Shown: positions 29,597-39,930, numbered from the stretch's first letter. The stretch: 64,000 nucleotides of DNA from Puniceicoccaceae bacterium (GCA_040830765.1 JBFOMH010000021.1:1-64000), one strand, 5' to 3'. Notes: a model not told the origin generated them from the sequence alone. Program-made: numbers and translations.

Positions 29597-30985
29597 ATGA
29601 AAAATTTCGATTTCCTTATCCAGGCCGGCCGCTCCTGCCGTTTACTCTGCTTATTCGTCCTTCTTTTTGAAACGGCTTCCGCCGCGGAGCTGGAACTGCT
29701 GGACCCACCGGAGATAGTCGGCCAGAGCAGCCCGGGGAAGGCGTGGGTGGCCAACCGGGTCTTCTTTGATCTGCATACGGTCGGCGATCGCCAGTTCATC
29801 GCCTATTACGACGAGGAGCGTGACATGACTGTCGGCATGAGGGAGGTTGGAAGTGATGCCTGGCAGACAACCGAGCTGCCCAGCAAATTGATGTGGGATT
29901 CCCACAATTCGGTGGTGATGGGCATTGACCCGGCTGGATATATCCATGTCAGCGGCAACATGCATGTGCATCCGCTGGATTACTTCCGCAGTGCCAAGCC
30001 CTATGATACCAGTGAAATGATCGAGGTGGACCGGATGGTCGGAGAGGATGAGGACCGGGTGACCTACCCCAAGTTCTTTCACAATCGCGAAGGGGATCTC
30101 CTTTTCTCCTATCGCTCCGGATCCTGTGGCAATGGGAACATCCTCGTGAACCGTTTCAATACGGATTCCCTGGAATGGGAACGGTACCTTCAGGTGCCGC
30201 TCTTTGAGGGTGTTGAGGAAAGTGACGACCGGGCCGCCTATCACTCGTTCGTCAAGGATAGCAGCGGGAATTTCCACTTTATCTGGATCTGGCGCTGGAC
30301 TCCGATGGTGGAGACCTCCCACCAGATTTGCTATGCCACCACACCTGACATGAAGACCTGGAAGAATGCAGCTGGTGACGTTGTTTCCTTGCCCTTCAGG
30401 CCGGATGATCCGGCTGTCATTGTTGACGGAACTCCCAGCGGCGGGGGGATGCACAATGGACGGTACAAGATCATCCTGACCCGGGAAGACGAACCGGTTG
30501 TTGGCTACATCAAGTACGATGAGGTGGGGCTGACCCAGTTTTACATGGCCCGTCACGACGGAAGTGAATGGCAATCGCGCAAGATCAGCGACTGGGATTT
30601 CCGCTGGGAATTCTTCGGGGGTGGCGACGGCATGAGCTCGGGAGGTTCCTTCAGGTTTGCCGGATTATCTGAAGAGGGACACATCGTTGTCGATTGGAGC
30701 ACTGAAGTCGGTCAATCGGGCCGGTATGTCATTAATCCGAAGACATTGGAGCCGGCAGCAGGACCCGTGCGTTTCCATCCCCAGATGCCTGTTTCAATCC
30801 AGGACCGGCTGACTGACCGGCCGGGACTTTCCGTGCGGATGGTTCCCGGAACGGTGCATGGCGACCCTGCGGGAAGCAGTTATATCCTGAAGTGGGAGAG
30901 CGGACCGGCAAGTCATGGCCGGAACGCCCCAGAAGTGATGCCTTCCGGTCCCCTCAGTGACGTTCTTATCCTCGAATACAAGTGA
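29597..30985 (+). CDS. BNR-4 beta-propeller protein, PL25-like (ulvan lyase-like)
   Basis: QFIAYYD, WDSHNSVVMGID..GYIHVSGNMH, VTYPKF, YRSGSCGNG, WRWTP...SHQICYA. Confidence 0.75.
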   Translation: MKNFDFLIQAGRSCRLLCLFVLLFETASAAELELLDPPEIVGQSSPGKAWVANRVFFDLHTVGDRQFIAYYDEERDMTVGMREVGSDAWQTTELPSKLMWDSHNSVVMGIDPAGYIHVSGNMHVHPLDYFRSAKPYDTSEMIEVDRMVGEDEDRVTYPKFFHNREGDLLFSYRSGSCGNGNILVNRFNTDSLEWERYLQVPLFEGVEESDDRAAYHSFVKDSSGNFHFIWIWRWTPMVETSHQICYATTPDMKTWKNAAGDVVSLPFRPDDPAVIVDGTPSGGGMHNGRYKIILTREDEPVVGYIKYDEVGLTQFYMARHDGSEWQSRKISDWDFRWEFFGGGDGMSSGGSFRFAGLSEEGHIVVDWSTEVGQSGRYVINPKTLEPAAGPVRFHPQMPVSIQDRLTDRPGLSVRMVPGTVHGDPAGSSYILKWESGPASHGRNAPEVMPSGPLSDVLILEYK

Positions 30986-31222
30986 TTTCTACAGTTATTA
31001 TTGCGCAGCCTTTGTCTATTCCAGATTTACCCCTTTAAACCGTATCATCCTTATTTGTAGACACATGCGCTTCCATTCTAAAACCTCATCTGCAACAGCG
31101 CAGCTGGTAGGTCGGGCCACCTTTGCGCCTGTCCGCACGGTCCGGGGACGAACACTTCCCTCGGGGCTTGGGCCCATTTGCTGAAAAAGTTTGTTTAACC
31201 AACAGTAACCCTAAAACAATCA

Positions 31223-32071
31223 ATGAATAAATCAAAACGTAGGCGCCTAATCAGTATCGCAGCGGGCTTGGCGCTCCTGCCGGCGGTTGCCTCAGCAACC
31301 GTCATTAATATCTGGAGCTCGATTGGAGATGAAGCGAACTTCTCCGGTGGCTCCGCCATTACCGATCCTATCCCCGATCCACTTTCCGGTTCTGGTGTTG
31401 GCATTGTCGATCCTTCGGATATCGGCAATGGTTCCGCTCTCTTTTACTGGGATGACGACTCGGGTTCGCGCGTTACCTCCCGGTACCATACCGGTGGTTT
31501 CACCGAAGGTATCCAGGTCAATTTCACCGGGCGGGTTGCTTCCGGCAGTCCGGCAGGGGATCTCCTGTTCCGGATCGGCGACACTACCTCCAGCCTGGCC
31601 TCTGGTGGGGATGCCGCCATTGATATCCGCATTTCGGACGCGGGCAACCTCCGCTACTTCTATGGAGGTGGTGATGATTCCATGAGCGTGGGAGTGGATA
31701 CCAACTTCACGTTTTCCATGGTTATCAATGCCGCACCCCTGTTGGGAGCCGACTTCTCCTACGATGCCGGTGGTTCCATGACGACCCTGGCCCCGCAGGA
31801 GTTCGACCTCTTCATCAATGGCAATTTCGTCACTCGCCAGACGACCCGCCTTGATGAGACCAACGACTACGATGCCTTGAGCCTGGCCCGGTTCTGGTTC
31901 CTCACTGGGGGCAGTACAGCCGGCTCATCCCCGAGTATTCTCATCGACGACTGGACCATCAATACCGAGACAGATGTCATCGGTCCCTCCGCTGTTCCGG
32001 AACCGTCGCTCTATGCTGCCATCATCGGCCTCGCAGGATTGGCCTTTGTGTTCCTCCGTCGCCGCAAGTAG
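31223..32071 (+). CDS. PEP-CTERM protein
   Basis: Signal peptide; C-terminal VPEPSLYAAIIGLAGLAFVFLRRRK. Confidence 0.92.
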   Translation: MNKSKRRRLISIAAGLALLPAVASATVINIWSSIGDEANFSGGSAITDPIPDPLSGSGVGIVDPSDIGNGSALFYWDDDSGSRVTSRYHTGGFTEGIQVNFTGRVASGSPAGDLLFRIGDTTSSLASGGDAAIDIRISDAGNLRYFYGGGDDSMSVGVDTNFTFSMVINAAPLLGADFSYDAGGSMTTLAPQEFDLFINGNFVTRQTTRLDETNDYDALSLARFWFLTGGSTAGSSPSILIDDWTINTETDVIGPSAVPEPSLYAAIIGLAGLAFVFLRRRK

Positions 32072-32104
32072 GCTTCGGTAGAATCTGACTTGATGCCTTT
32101 GGCC

Positions 32105-32139
32105 GGGCGGCCTCCCAAGTGGAGGTCGCCCTTTTTTTT
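32105..32139 (+). terminator. Intrinsic terminator between convergent genes
   Basis: GGGCGGCCTCC-N5-GGAGGTCGCCC followed by a T-tract. Confidence 0.85.
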
Positions 32140-32995
32140 AATCCTTGGGAATGTAGGTCCAGGCGCCAGACCCGGTTACGCTGTCGCCGGGGAGGTACAT
32201 ATAGCGGGAAATGGAATACGACCAGGCCCATGGGTCAAATTGGACATTGAGCCAGCCGAGGAATGTGCCGGTGTCGACGTTCCCCTGCGCATCGGCAAAA
32301 TAGGGGCCCCATGGGGTTCCTTCAGGGGCGAAATTGGATGCCTCGAGGGAGTTGAAAAGCGCCTCATTGGTTCCTTTGCCGGTGACCTGGTTGGCGAGTG
32401 AGTACTGCGAGCGATCCCAGAGAATGAAGCGGTCAACCAAGTGGTCCCGGGAGCGGACGGACATCTGGATGGCGTATTCCTGGCCGGACTCGAGGACCCA
32501 CGAAAGGGAGTGCGGATCATTGTCCTTGTTGGAAGCCTGGTGGGACCAGCCCCTGGCGTCGTTCATGTAGACCTTGTACCATGAACCCGAGGTGGCGACA
32601 TTCTGGTTGGGGACCGGCGTGACCGGGTTGCCATTGCTGTCAACGAGGCGGATAAAGGAATCGTTGTTGTCCGTATTGCTGGTTCCGACCCCGATGCGGG
32701 AGCGGAAGGCAAACTGGTAGGTCCCGGCGCGACTGATCCGCAGTGGATAAGTAATCGTCCCAAGATTGGGGGTATTGAATGAATTGACGTTACCCCGCAG
32801 GTAACCGGTGCCCTTGAAGCCGGTGATGCTGTCACCAAAATCAAATCGCAGCCCTGAATCCTGGGTTTCGGCCTCTATGACGACGAGGCCGTCTGCTTCA
32901 AGAGCTGTCTGGGCATGGCCCGTCAGGCAGAGGATCGGAGCCGCAAGGGCTGCCAGAAGAATGGTCAATTTGTTGGTCATATTGTGTTTTATCAT
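32138..32995 (-). CDS. Secreted carbohydrate-binding-like protein with C-terminal Trp-rich domain
   Basis: Signal peptide; EADGLVVIEAE...GFKGTGYL...ND S...LVDRFIL beta-sandwich pattern; ATGA overlap with the GH43 stop. Confidence 0.75.
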   Translation of the reverse strand: MIKHNMTNKLTILLAALAAPILCLTGHAQTALEADGLVVIEAETQDSGLRFDFGDSITGFKGTGYLRGNVNSFNTPNLGTITYPLRISRAGTYQFAFRSRIGVGTSNTDNNDSFIRLVDSNGNPVTPVPNQNVATSGSWYKVYMNDARGWSHQASNKDNDPHSLSWVLESGQEYAIQMSVRSRDHLVDRFILWDRSQYSLANQVTGKGTNEALFNSLEASNFAPEGTPWGPYFADAQGNVDTGTFLGWLNVQFDPWAWSYSISRYMYLPGDSVTGSGAWTYIPKD

Positions 32996-34284
32996 TTAAA
33001 GAACTGGATGGATTGCAGTTCAATGGTGGAGCCGTTTTCTCCTGCTGAACGGAGGCGCAGGCCAATAGGGTCCGAGAGTTGAAAATCGAGTGGAGTATTG
33101 ACCGATTGCCAGTCCTTGCCGGCGACCCAGTCGAGGAAGAAGGATTGTTGTTCCGCGGGATCGCCTTGAACGGATTCAATCATCAGGACAGGATGCCGAC
33201 CTTCCGCTTTGAGCTTGATCGAAATCATGGGACGCTCATCCAGACCGTGTATTTGGGGGAAATCGATATGCCCGCCATCCTTCAGGAGGACGGCGTGACC
33301 ACTCCCGTCGAGCGGATATGTGGTTGCATGCGAACCCTTGAGGAAATCAGCGGCCGCGATTGGGCCGGCATTGGCATCATAAGCCCCGACTGCCATTGAG
33401 TTGATCCGGATGGGCTCGATTTCCCCGTTTTCCCTGTAGTGGACATAGCTGATCCAGAAGTCACGATAGTAGCGATTGCCGGAAAAGCACATTTCACAGT
33501 AGACGAAGAACCATTGACCGTTCCACTCAAAGAACGAGCCGTGCCGGCCCTGGGTCGGGCCGTGGGGCCAGGTTGATTCCCTGAAGCGGTCTTCCATCAA
33601 CCGGGGCTCGACGATGCATCCACGGTAACGGTAGGGCCCTGTAGGATTGTTGCTGGTCGCGTAGTAACTCCCCCATGACAAATAGTAGAGCCCATCCCGC
33701 TTGTGTAGAAAGACCTTGTCGTCCGTCTTGCCCGGTCCGTAGGGACCTTCCGGCTTTTCGACAGTCAGTGGAACAGGTTTCCCCTTGATGGAGAGCATGT
33801 CATCGGCCATCTCCGCGATATAATAATCCCAGACCCCGAAGAGGATGTAGACGGTTCCGTCGTCGTCCTTGAAGAAACAGGGATCATAAACTTCTGTTGC
33901 AACGAGCCGGTCATGGATGAGTGGCTGCCCGAGGACGTCCTTCCATGGGCCGACAGGGGAATCCGCAACCACCATGCCTATCTGGTGGCGGTCGTTGGGC
34001 TTGTCCACTTCGGAGAAGGCCCAGTAGTACTTGCCGTCCTTTTCAACGGCATCGGTTGCCCAGCAGCCATCAATTGGCTTTCCAATATACGTCTCCTCGG
34101 GCTTGAGGGTCGATTCCAGTTGCCAATCAAGGAGGTCATCCGACGACCAGACCTGCCAGTCGCGCATGACAAAGCGGTCACTATCGGCAGCGGCATCGTG
34201 GGAGGCATAGAGGTAGGCCCGGTCGTTGAAAATCCGGATATGCGGATCCGTGACACCTTGGCCAATTATATTAATCTGCTCCAT
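32992..34284 (-). CDS. GH43-family glycosidase with degenerate C-terminal CBM6-like domain
   Basis: Start reassigned to MEQINII (34284) to avoid overlap with the sulfatase; TDPH, YLYASHD, WATD, YDP, HKRDGLYYLSW, HGSFFEW. Confidence 0.85.
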   Translation of the reverse strand: MEQINIIGQGVTDPHIRIFNDRAYLYASHDAAADSDRFVMRDWQVWSSDDLLDWQLESTLKPEETYIGKPIDGCWATDAVEKDGKYYWAFSEVDKPNDRHQIGMVVADSPVGPWKDVLGQPLIHDRLVATEVYDPCFFKDDDGTVYILFGVWDYYIAEMADDMLSIKGKPVPLTVEKPEGPYGPGKTDDKVFLHKRDGLYYLSWGSYYATSNNPTGPYRYRGCIVEPRLMEDRFRESTWPHGPTQGRHGSFFEWNGQWFFVYCEMCFSGNRYYRDFWISYVHYRENGEIEPIRINSMAVGAYDANAGPIAAADFLKGSHATTYPLDGSGHAVLLKDGGHIDFPQIHGLDERPMISIKLKAEGRHPVLMIESVQGDPAEQQSFFLDWVAGKDWQSVNTPLDFQLSDPIGLRLRSAGENGSTIELQSIQFFK

Positions 34285-34300
34285 CGAGTTTGCGGGCGGC

Positions 34301-35854
34301 TTAGCTGTCGCCTTGATAGAGTCTCTTGTTGAAAGCCTGCTGGCTCCGGTCGTCTTCCATTCCTTTCCAGAAGGTGTAGTCGCCCATCTGTTCCGGAAGC
34401 CCTTCCGGTTCATCCTGGAAAAGGAGCTCCGCATCCGGATCCGCCTTGAGGTAGTCACGGGTGAGGGGAGGGTGCTGAACCCAATCAATGGTTCCATCCT
34501 TGCTCAGCACTGCTTCTGTATCCCCCTTTTCGGCGAGATAAGCCTGCAGGCGCAAACAGAGGTTCGCCTTCACTTCCTGGTGGGCCTCATCCCCGGCTGC
34601 ATTTCTCGTTTCGCGGGGATCATCCAGGCGGTCAAAGAGGATCTCCTTTTCCTCTCCCGCCGAGTAAATGTATTTCCAATCCCGGTCAGCAATCAGATAG
34701 ATGGCGTTCCGGCCCTTGCCCCATTGCGAGAAGACATGAGATCTCCCACAATCGCCCCGGGCAACATCCGCCAGGTCGAGACCGTCCACATCTTCTGTGG
34801 CAATGCCGGCGGCTCCGGTCATGGTGGGAAGAACGTCCACCAGGCTGGCCGGCTCCATGCATCGGGCCCCGGCTTCAAACCGGCCCGGCAGGCGGATGAT
34901 CATCGGAACCCGGGAGGACGGGTCGTGCATGCTTCGTTTGCCGTAGCAACCATAGTCACCGAGATATTCCCCATGGTCAGAACTGAAGATGACCAGTGTG
35001 TCGTCGAGGATTCCCAGTTGTTCCAGCTGCTCCAGCATTCTTCCAACCTGGTAATCGATGTAGGAGATGGTCGCGTAATAGTAGGCCCGGATAACTCGCA
35101 GTAAATTGAGGTCCATTCCCCGGTCCCGCCACTTGTATCGGTTTTGGGCAAGATTGATGTGAGTCAGGAGCTCCTCATGGTTTTCCGGAATCATCGGGTC
35201 CGGCATCTTGCGCGGATCATACAGCTTGGTCCACGGGGCCGGCGGAGTCAGCGGTGGATGCGGATGAATGATACTCGACATGATGCACCACGGCTGCTCC
35301 CCGTCGCTCAACTCCCGGATTTTCTCCATTGTCCGGTCGGCAACCCATTCCGTCGGGTGGGCCTCACCCTGGAACCGGGACGGCTGGGGGATATAATACA
35401 TCGGGCCCCGTTCCCCGTGCGCTTCCACCGGGCTATGCCCGTTATCCAGAAGCCATTTCCGGTAATCATCCTTCTCGTAATCGGTAACCCGTTCCTCCTG
35501 GATCAATCGCTCGGCAAAGCCCCGCTTTTCGTAGGGATCCGGAGTAAAGTGGCATTTCCCCACCGATACGGTGTGATACCCGCCGGAAGAAAGCCGGGAA
35601 GCCAGGGAGGCCCCGTTGTCCTCCATCATCCGGCCATTGACGAACAGTCCGGTCGATTGGGGATAAAGCCCATAATGCATGCAGCAACGGGCTGGTACGC
35701 AAACCGGCGAAGGCGTGTAGCAGCGGGTGAAACTGGTCCCTTCCCGTACCAGGCGGTCCAGGTTCGGGGTCTGGATGTGAGGATTGCCAAGCGCACCGAT
35801 GGTGTCGGGTCGCTGCATGTCCGTGAATATGAGGAGTATGTTCGGCTTGCCCAT
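34301..35854 (-). CDS. Cys-type S1 sulfatase, no signal peptide
   Basis: KPNILLIFTD, SPVCVPAR, GKCH, HPHPP, SDHG. Confidence 0.93.
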   Translation of the reverse strand: MGKPNILLIFTDMQRPDTIGALGNPHIQTPNLDRLVREGTSFTRCYTPSPVCVPARCCMHYGLYPQSTGLFVNGRMMEDNGASLASRLSSGGYHTVSVGKCHFTPDPYEKRGFAERLIQEERVTDYEKDDYRKWLLDNGHSPVEAHGERGPMYYIPQPSRFQGEAHPTEWVADRTMEKIRELSDGEQPWCIMSSIIHPHPPLTPPAPWTKLYDPRKMPDPMIPENHEELLTHINLAQNRYKWRDRGMDLNLLRVIRAYYYATISYIDYQVGRMLEQLEQLGILDDTLVIFSSDHGEYLGDYGCYGKRSMHDPSSRVPMIIRLPGRFEAGARCMEPASLVDVLPTMTGAAGIATEDVDGLDLADVARGDCGRSHVFSQWGKGRNAIYLIADRDWKYIYSAGEEKEILFDRLDDPRETRNAAGDEAHQEVKANLCLRLQAYLAEKGDTEAVLSKDGTIDWVQHPPLTRDYLKADPDAELLFQDEPEGLPEQMGDYTFWKGMEDDRSQQAFNKRLYQGDS

Positions 35855-35920
35855 GGTATGAGGTCATTTGGGGATAGATATCAGCATGCCCTCCCACCAT
35901 AAGATCCCTCAATCCACTGC

Positions 35921-36017
35921 CAATAATTATTGTATGATCGGAATTCGGCCTCGGTCTGGGACCCGATTGGCCTTCAGTCTGTTTTTGAACAGGATTGTAT
36001 TTTATAATTGTATGAAC
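35921..36017. promoter_or_regulatory. Divergent sulfatase/LacI control region with repeated ATTGTAT motifs
   Basis: CAATAATTATTG palindrome running into TATGA (35921-35937); ATTGTAT twice within 35994-36013; 36001-36017 is the exact reverse complement of 10478-10494. Confidence 0.55.
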
Positions 36018-36081
36018 CGGACCTTTTTGCCACGCTGGGCTATTATCCCTTAACCCTTAAATCCCACTATTCCCACCTCAC

Positions 36082-37185
36082 ATGCCCCCAAAGAAGCCGA
36101 ATGGAACTCCTAATCCGGAAGGGCGACGGGTAACCGTACGCGATATTGCCAAGGAAGTTGGCTTGCACTTCACCACCGTGGCCGAAGCGCTGCGCGGTTC
36201 TTCCCGTATCAAGGAAAGCACCCGGGAGCGGGTCTTTGAAGCAGCTGACCGCCTTGGTTACCGTCCGGATCCCGTTTTGTCGGCCCTTTCCGCCTATCGC
36301 TCCTCACAATTGAGGAGCTCCTTCCAAGGCGTCATGGCCTGGATCAATGGATTTCCCGAGCGGGACTTGTTTACATCCGAAAAGTCCTTCTACGCGGATT
36401 GTTATTCGGGATCGCTGGAGCGGGCGACTTCCCTTGGCTACAATCTGGAAATGTTCTGGGTCGGGGGGTCCCAAATGACCGGGAAACGGATATCCCAAAT
36501 CCTGCAAAGCCGGAACATTGTCGGAGTGATTGTCGGCCCGATGCCTGCCATGCTCGATGAATTCCATTTGGAATGGGAACATTTCAATTCAGTTCGAATT
36601 GGCTACTCCCTGAAGGATTCGCGGATTACCACCGTTATTTCGGATCAGTATCAGAATACCCGCGGGATTGTCGAAAAGTTGCTCAAGGATGGTTTCCGGA
36701 GGATTGGATTTGCCTGCCCGCGCTATTTGGACAGCCGGGTCAGTAACAAATTCTCGGGAGGTTACTTGAGCATGATTTACAATCATTTCAATGAGCCTCC
36801 GGTACCCTTGTATCTCGACCGGGAGCCCGATGGGGACCCACCGAAATTCCTTAAATGGTACAACAAGTACAAGCCGGAGGTGATCGTCGCTGGTGGACGC
36901 TCGATTTACTACAAAATGCTGGCCGATGCCGGGATCCGGGTCCCGGAAGAAGTCCAGTTTGTAGCACTTCATGCGGAATACCTGAGCTCACCGGTGGCCG
37001 GTATCTCACAGAACGGAAAAGTTGTTGGAGCGACGGCAGTGGATCATCTCATATCAATGATCCAGGGCTTCAAAATCGGGCTCGAATCGTTTCCCAAAAC
37101 GACGATGATACCGGGCCGGTGGGTGGATGGAGGATCCTACGATCCAGCACTCTTGAAGCAGAAAGCCGATTCAATCCTACAATAA
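36082..37185 (+). CDS. LacI-family transcriptional regulator
   Basis: VTVRDIAKEVGLHFTTVAEALRG...LGYRPDP HTH, RRIGF, GIRVPEEV. Confidence 0.93.
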   Translation: MPPKKPNGTPNPEGRRVTVRDIAKEVGLHFTTVAEALRGSSRIKESTRERVFEAADRLGYRPDPVLSALSAYRSSQLRSSFQGVMAWINGFPERDLFTSEKSFYADCYSGSLERATSLGYNLEMFWVGGSQMTGKRISQILQSRNIVGVIVGPMPAMLDEFHLEWEHFNSVRIGYSLKDSRITTVISDQYQNTRGIVEKLLKDGFRRIGFACPRYLDSRVSNKFSGGYLSMIYNHFNEPPVPLYLDREPDGDPPKFLKWYNKYKPEVIVAGGRSIYYKMLADAGIRVPEEVQFVALHAEYLSSPVAGISQNGKVVGATAVDHLISMIQGFKIGLESFPKTTMIPGRWVDGGSYDPALLKQKADSILQ

Positions 37186-37289
37186 TTAATTGTGTCCCCT
37201 TGCCGCTCATTGAGACCTCGACCTGCATAATTCCGCGGTCGTCCTTTAAAGGCGATTAGGATGATAAACCCTCCCATTACCCACCCGAA

Positions 37290-39074
37290 ATGACACTGGA
37301 AATCGCCACATTAGGCATCTATCTACTTTTAATGCCTGTGCTTGGGTATGTATTTTCCAAGCTGAACACAAACCTGAGCGACTTTGTCCGGGGGGGCGGT
37401 CAGGGAACCTGGTGGCTCGTCGGGTCAAGTATTCTGATGTCAGGAATCAGTGCCTTTACCTTTACCGGTAATGCTTCCGCTGCCTTTGAAGCCGGCCCGA
37501 CGGTATTGATCATTTATGCCGCCAATGTGGTGGCTCTGGGCCTGGGAGCCTGGTTCCTGGGAGCCTGGTTCCGGCAGACCCGGGCCTACACCCGTACGGA
37601 CGTGGTCCGGTTGCGGTTCGGCGTGGCCATTGAACAGTTCAATGCCTACACGGTGGTTGCCCTGAACCCGATAGCGGCCTCGATTCAATTGTGGGCGCTG
37701 GCCGTATTTGCCAATTCGATTTTTGGCATCCCGGTACCCGTGGGGATCATTGTCATCGGATTAATTGTCATTTTCTACTCCACAACTGGAGGCAAGTGGG
37801 CGGTCATGGCGACGGACTTCGCCCAGAGTCTGATCCTGTTTTCCATCACGATCCTGGTGGCTGTGCTTTCGATTATCAAGATAGGCGGCTTTGGGGAGTT
37901 CTTCTCCTTCTTCGGGGATCCGCGTTTCGCGGAGGATTTCAAGTTCATCAAGGATCCGGGGGCCTTCCCAACGGATCGTTTCACCATGAAGTGGATCATT
38001 GTCATCTTCCTGATGTCAATCTACCAGCAGATCGCCTTGACCTCCGCCGACCGCTACCTGACGGTGCGGGATGGCAAGGAAGCCCGCAAGTCGGCAGCCC
38101 TGGCGGCTGTCCTGATGGCCTTCGGAGCGATGATCTGGTTTATTCCGCCGATGGTGGCGCGTTTCCTCTACCAGGACGAAATCCTTGCCCAGTCCGTCGA
38201 GAATCCCGCCAACACGAGCTATGCCTACATCGCTCAGCAAGTCCTGCCGAACGGGCTCATGGGCGTGATGATTGCGGCGATGTTCTCGGCCACCATGAGC
38301 AGCATGGATTCCGGATTGAATGCTCAGGTCGGGGTGATCGCCCGAAACATTGTCCCGGCATTGCGACGCCTCTTCGGGATCACCAAGGAAATGTCCGACC
38401 GAAGCAGCCTCATCATGTGCCGATTCCTGACCCTGATGCTGGGGCTCCTGATCATGACCTACAGTATCCTGTTTACCCTGAACAAGGAATTGATCCTCTT
38501 TGATGCCTACTTGATGGTAAACTCGATCATTGGGATCCCATTGGGCTTCCCGCTTGTCGTCGGCCTATGGATAAAGCATATCCCGCGCTGGTCATTCTTC
38601 TGGATATTCGGGGTCTGCCTGGTTCCCTCAATCTATTCATTCTATCTGAATTTTGCCCACGACATTCAATGGACCATCCAGTACCGGGCGATGTGGATCT
38701 TTATCTTCGGATTTGTCGGAACTGCGGTTTCGTTACCCTTTTACCGTTACAGCTCGAAGGAGTTCAAGGAGCTGACTGAGACGTTCTTCAAGACCATGCA
38801 CACCCCGGTCGATTTCCTCAAGGAGATCGGGGTTTCCAAGAACTACCAGCAACTGGTCATCCTCAGCCGGACCTCAATTGGGATCGGTCTGTCGATGCTT
38901 CTCTTCCTGCTTGTTCCCAACAGCTTGGGCGGCCGCATTTCGATTCTTTTCGTCGGGGGCTTTTGCCTCACGGTTGGCGGCTTGCTCCACTGGGGCTCGA
39001 GGGTGGAGAAACGCAAGTCCGAGCGCGACTCGGAGCGTCTGGCGAGTCTGGAGAACGAGAACGTGGCAGAGTAG
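37290..39074 (+). CDS. Sodium:solute symporter (SSS family)
   Basis: Many TM helices; SAFTFTG, GGKWAVMATDFAQ, AAMFSATMSSMDSGLN. Confidence 0.92.
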   Translation: MTLEIATLGIYLLLMPVLGYVFSKLNTNLSDFVRGGGQGTWWLVGSSILMSGISAFTFTGNASAAFEAGPTVLIIYAANVVALGLGAWFLGAWFRQTRAYTRTDVVRLRFGVAIEQFNAYTVVALNPIAASIQLWALAVFANSIFGIPVPVGIIVIGLIVIFYSTTGGKWAVMATDFAQSLILFSITILVAVLSIIKIGGFGEFFSFFGDPRFAEDFKFIKDPGAFPTDRFTMKWIIVIFLMSIYQQIALTSADRYLTVRDGKEARKSAALAAVLMAFGAMIWFIPPMVARFLYQDEILAQSVENPANTSYAYIAQQVLPNGLMGVMIAAMFSATMSSMDSGLNAQVGVIARNIVPALRRLFGITKEMSDRSSLIMCRFLTLMLGLLIMTYSILFTLNKELILFDAYLMVNSIIGIPLGFPLVVGLWIKHIPRWSFFWIFGVCLVPSIYSFYLNFAHDIQWTIQYRAMWIFIFGFVGTAVSLPFYRYSSKEFKELTETFFKTMHTPVDFLKEIGVSKNYQQLVILSRTSIGIGLSMLLFLLVPNSLGGRISILFVGGFCLTVGGLLHWGSRVEKRKSERDSERLASLENENVAE

Positions 39075-39077
39075 GGC

Positions 39078-39917
39078 CTAGCCGTCCAGCTGCTCAAGGT
39101 GCCGGTTGTAGGCAGACCATAAGGAATCTTCCATCGAATCCGAAAAATTACCCTTCAGGAAGGCCGGCCAGTATTTATCCTGGAATTGTTTCCAGGAGTC
39201 GGCTTCATTCCCGGGCAGGATCGGATAGGCGCGGATGCCGTTTTCATTGGCCGATGTCCGGTCGCCGGGCGAGTCCCCCACCATGAGGATGTTATCCGGC
39301 TGATAACCTTTGTTGAGGGCTCCCTGCAGTTGCTCGGATTTGGTCCCGGCCTCCTGACCACCGATTTCAGTAACCGATTTCAGGAGAGCTGCTTCCCCCC
39401 ATTCCAGTTCCAGGGCTTTTCGGTTGGCCGCGGAACAGACCATCAGGTCGGCCTGAATTGCTGCTTCCCGGATGGTTTCCTCTACTCCCGGGAATGGTGG
39501 GAGAAGCGGCATTCCTGTGGCGATTGCCTCGTTGACCGACTCGCTCCAGTCGAGGACCCGGTCGAGGATTGGCGCGTCCCGGTCTCTCTTGAACTGGCGG
39601 AGGGCTTCATTTGATTTTGCCATCTTTGATTGCAGCCACTCCTCAAAGGACCTCCTTTCAGGGAGCCGGTGATCGGCATGGCCTTCGAGAGCAGCTAAAA
39701 CGATATTCAGGGTCTCAAAACGATTTCGCCCACGGTTGGCCGAGTAGAGATTGGTCCGCAACCAGTGGTCCATAACAGCCTCGGCACAGGCCTGCAGATC
39801 AAAAACCTCGATCAGCTTCGGCCCAAAGAAGCGTTCATGCTTCAATCGCATGGTATCGAAAGCACAGCCGTCGGAGTCGATGGCCAGCAGGAGGGGCTTT
39901 TCGGGACAAGGGTCCAT
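39078..39917 (-). CDS. HAD-superfamily hydrolase
   Basis: Start reassigned to MDPCPEK (39917); motif I IDSDG, motif II CSA, motif IV MVGDSPGD. Confidence 0.85.
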   Translation of the reverse strand: MDPCPEKPLLLAIDSDGCAFDTMRLKHERFFGPKLIEVFDLQACAEAVMDHWLRTNLYSANRGRNRFETLNIVLAALEGHADHRLPERRSFEEWLQSKMAKSNEALRQFKRDRDAPILDRVLDWSESVNEAIATGMPLLPPFPGVEETIREAAIQADLMVCSAANRKALELEWGEAALLKSVTEIGGQEAGTKSEQLQGALNKGYQPDNILMVGDSPGDRTSANENGIRAYPILPGNEADSWKQFQDKYWPAFLKGNFSDSMEDSLWSAYNRHLEQLDG

Positions 39918-39930
39918 GCTGCTCAATCGC

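Noticed and set aside
30986..31222. GC-rich leader before the PEP-CTERM gene as a possible riboswitch
   Set aside because: Only short hairpins and no aptamer consensus I can recognise; an Rfam scan would be needed.
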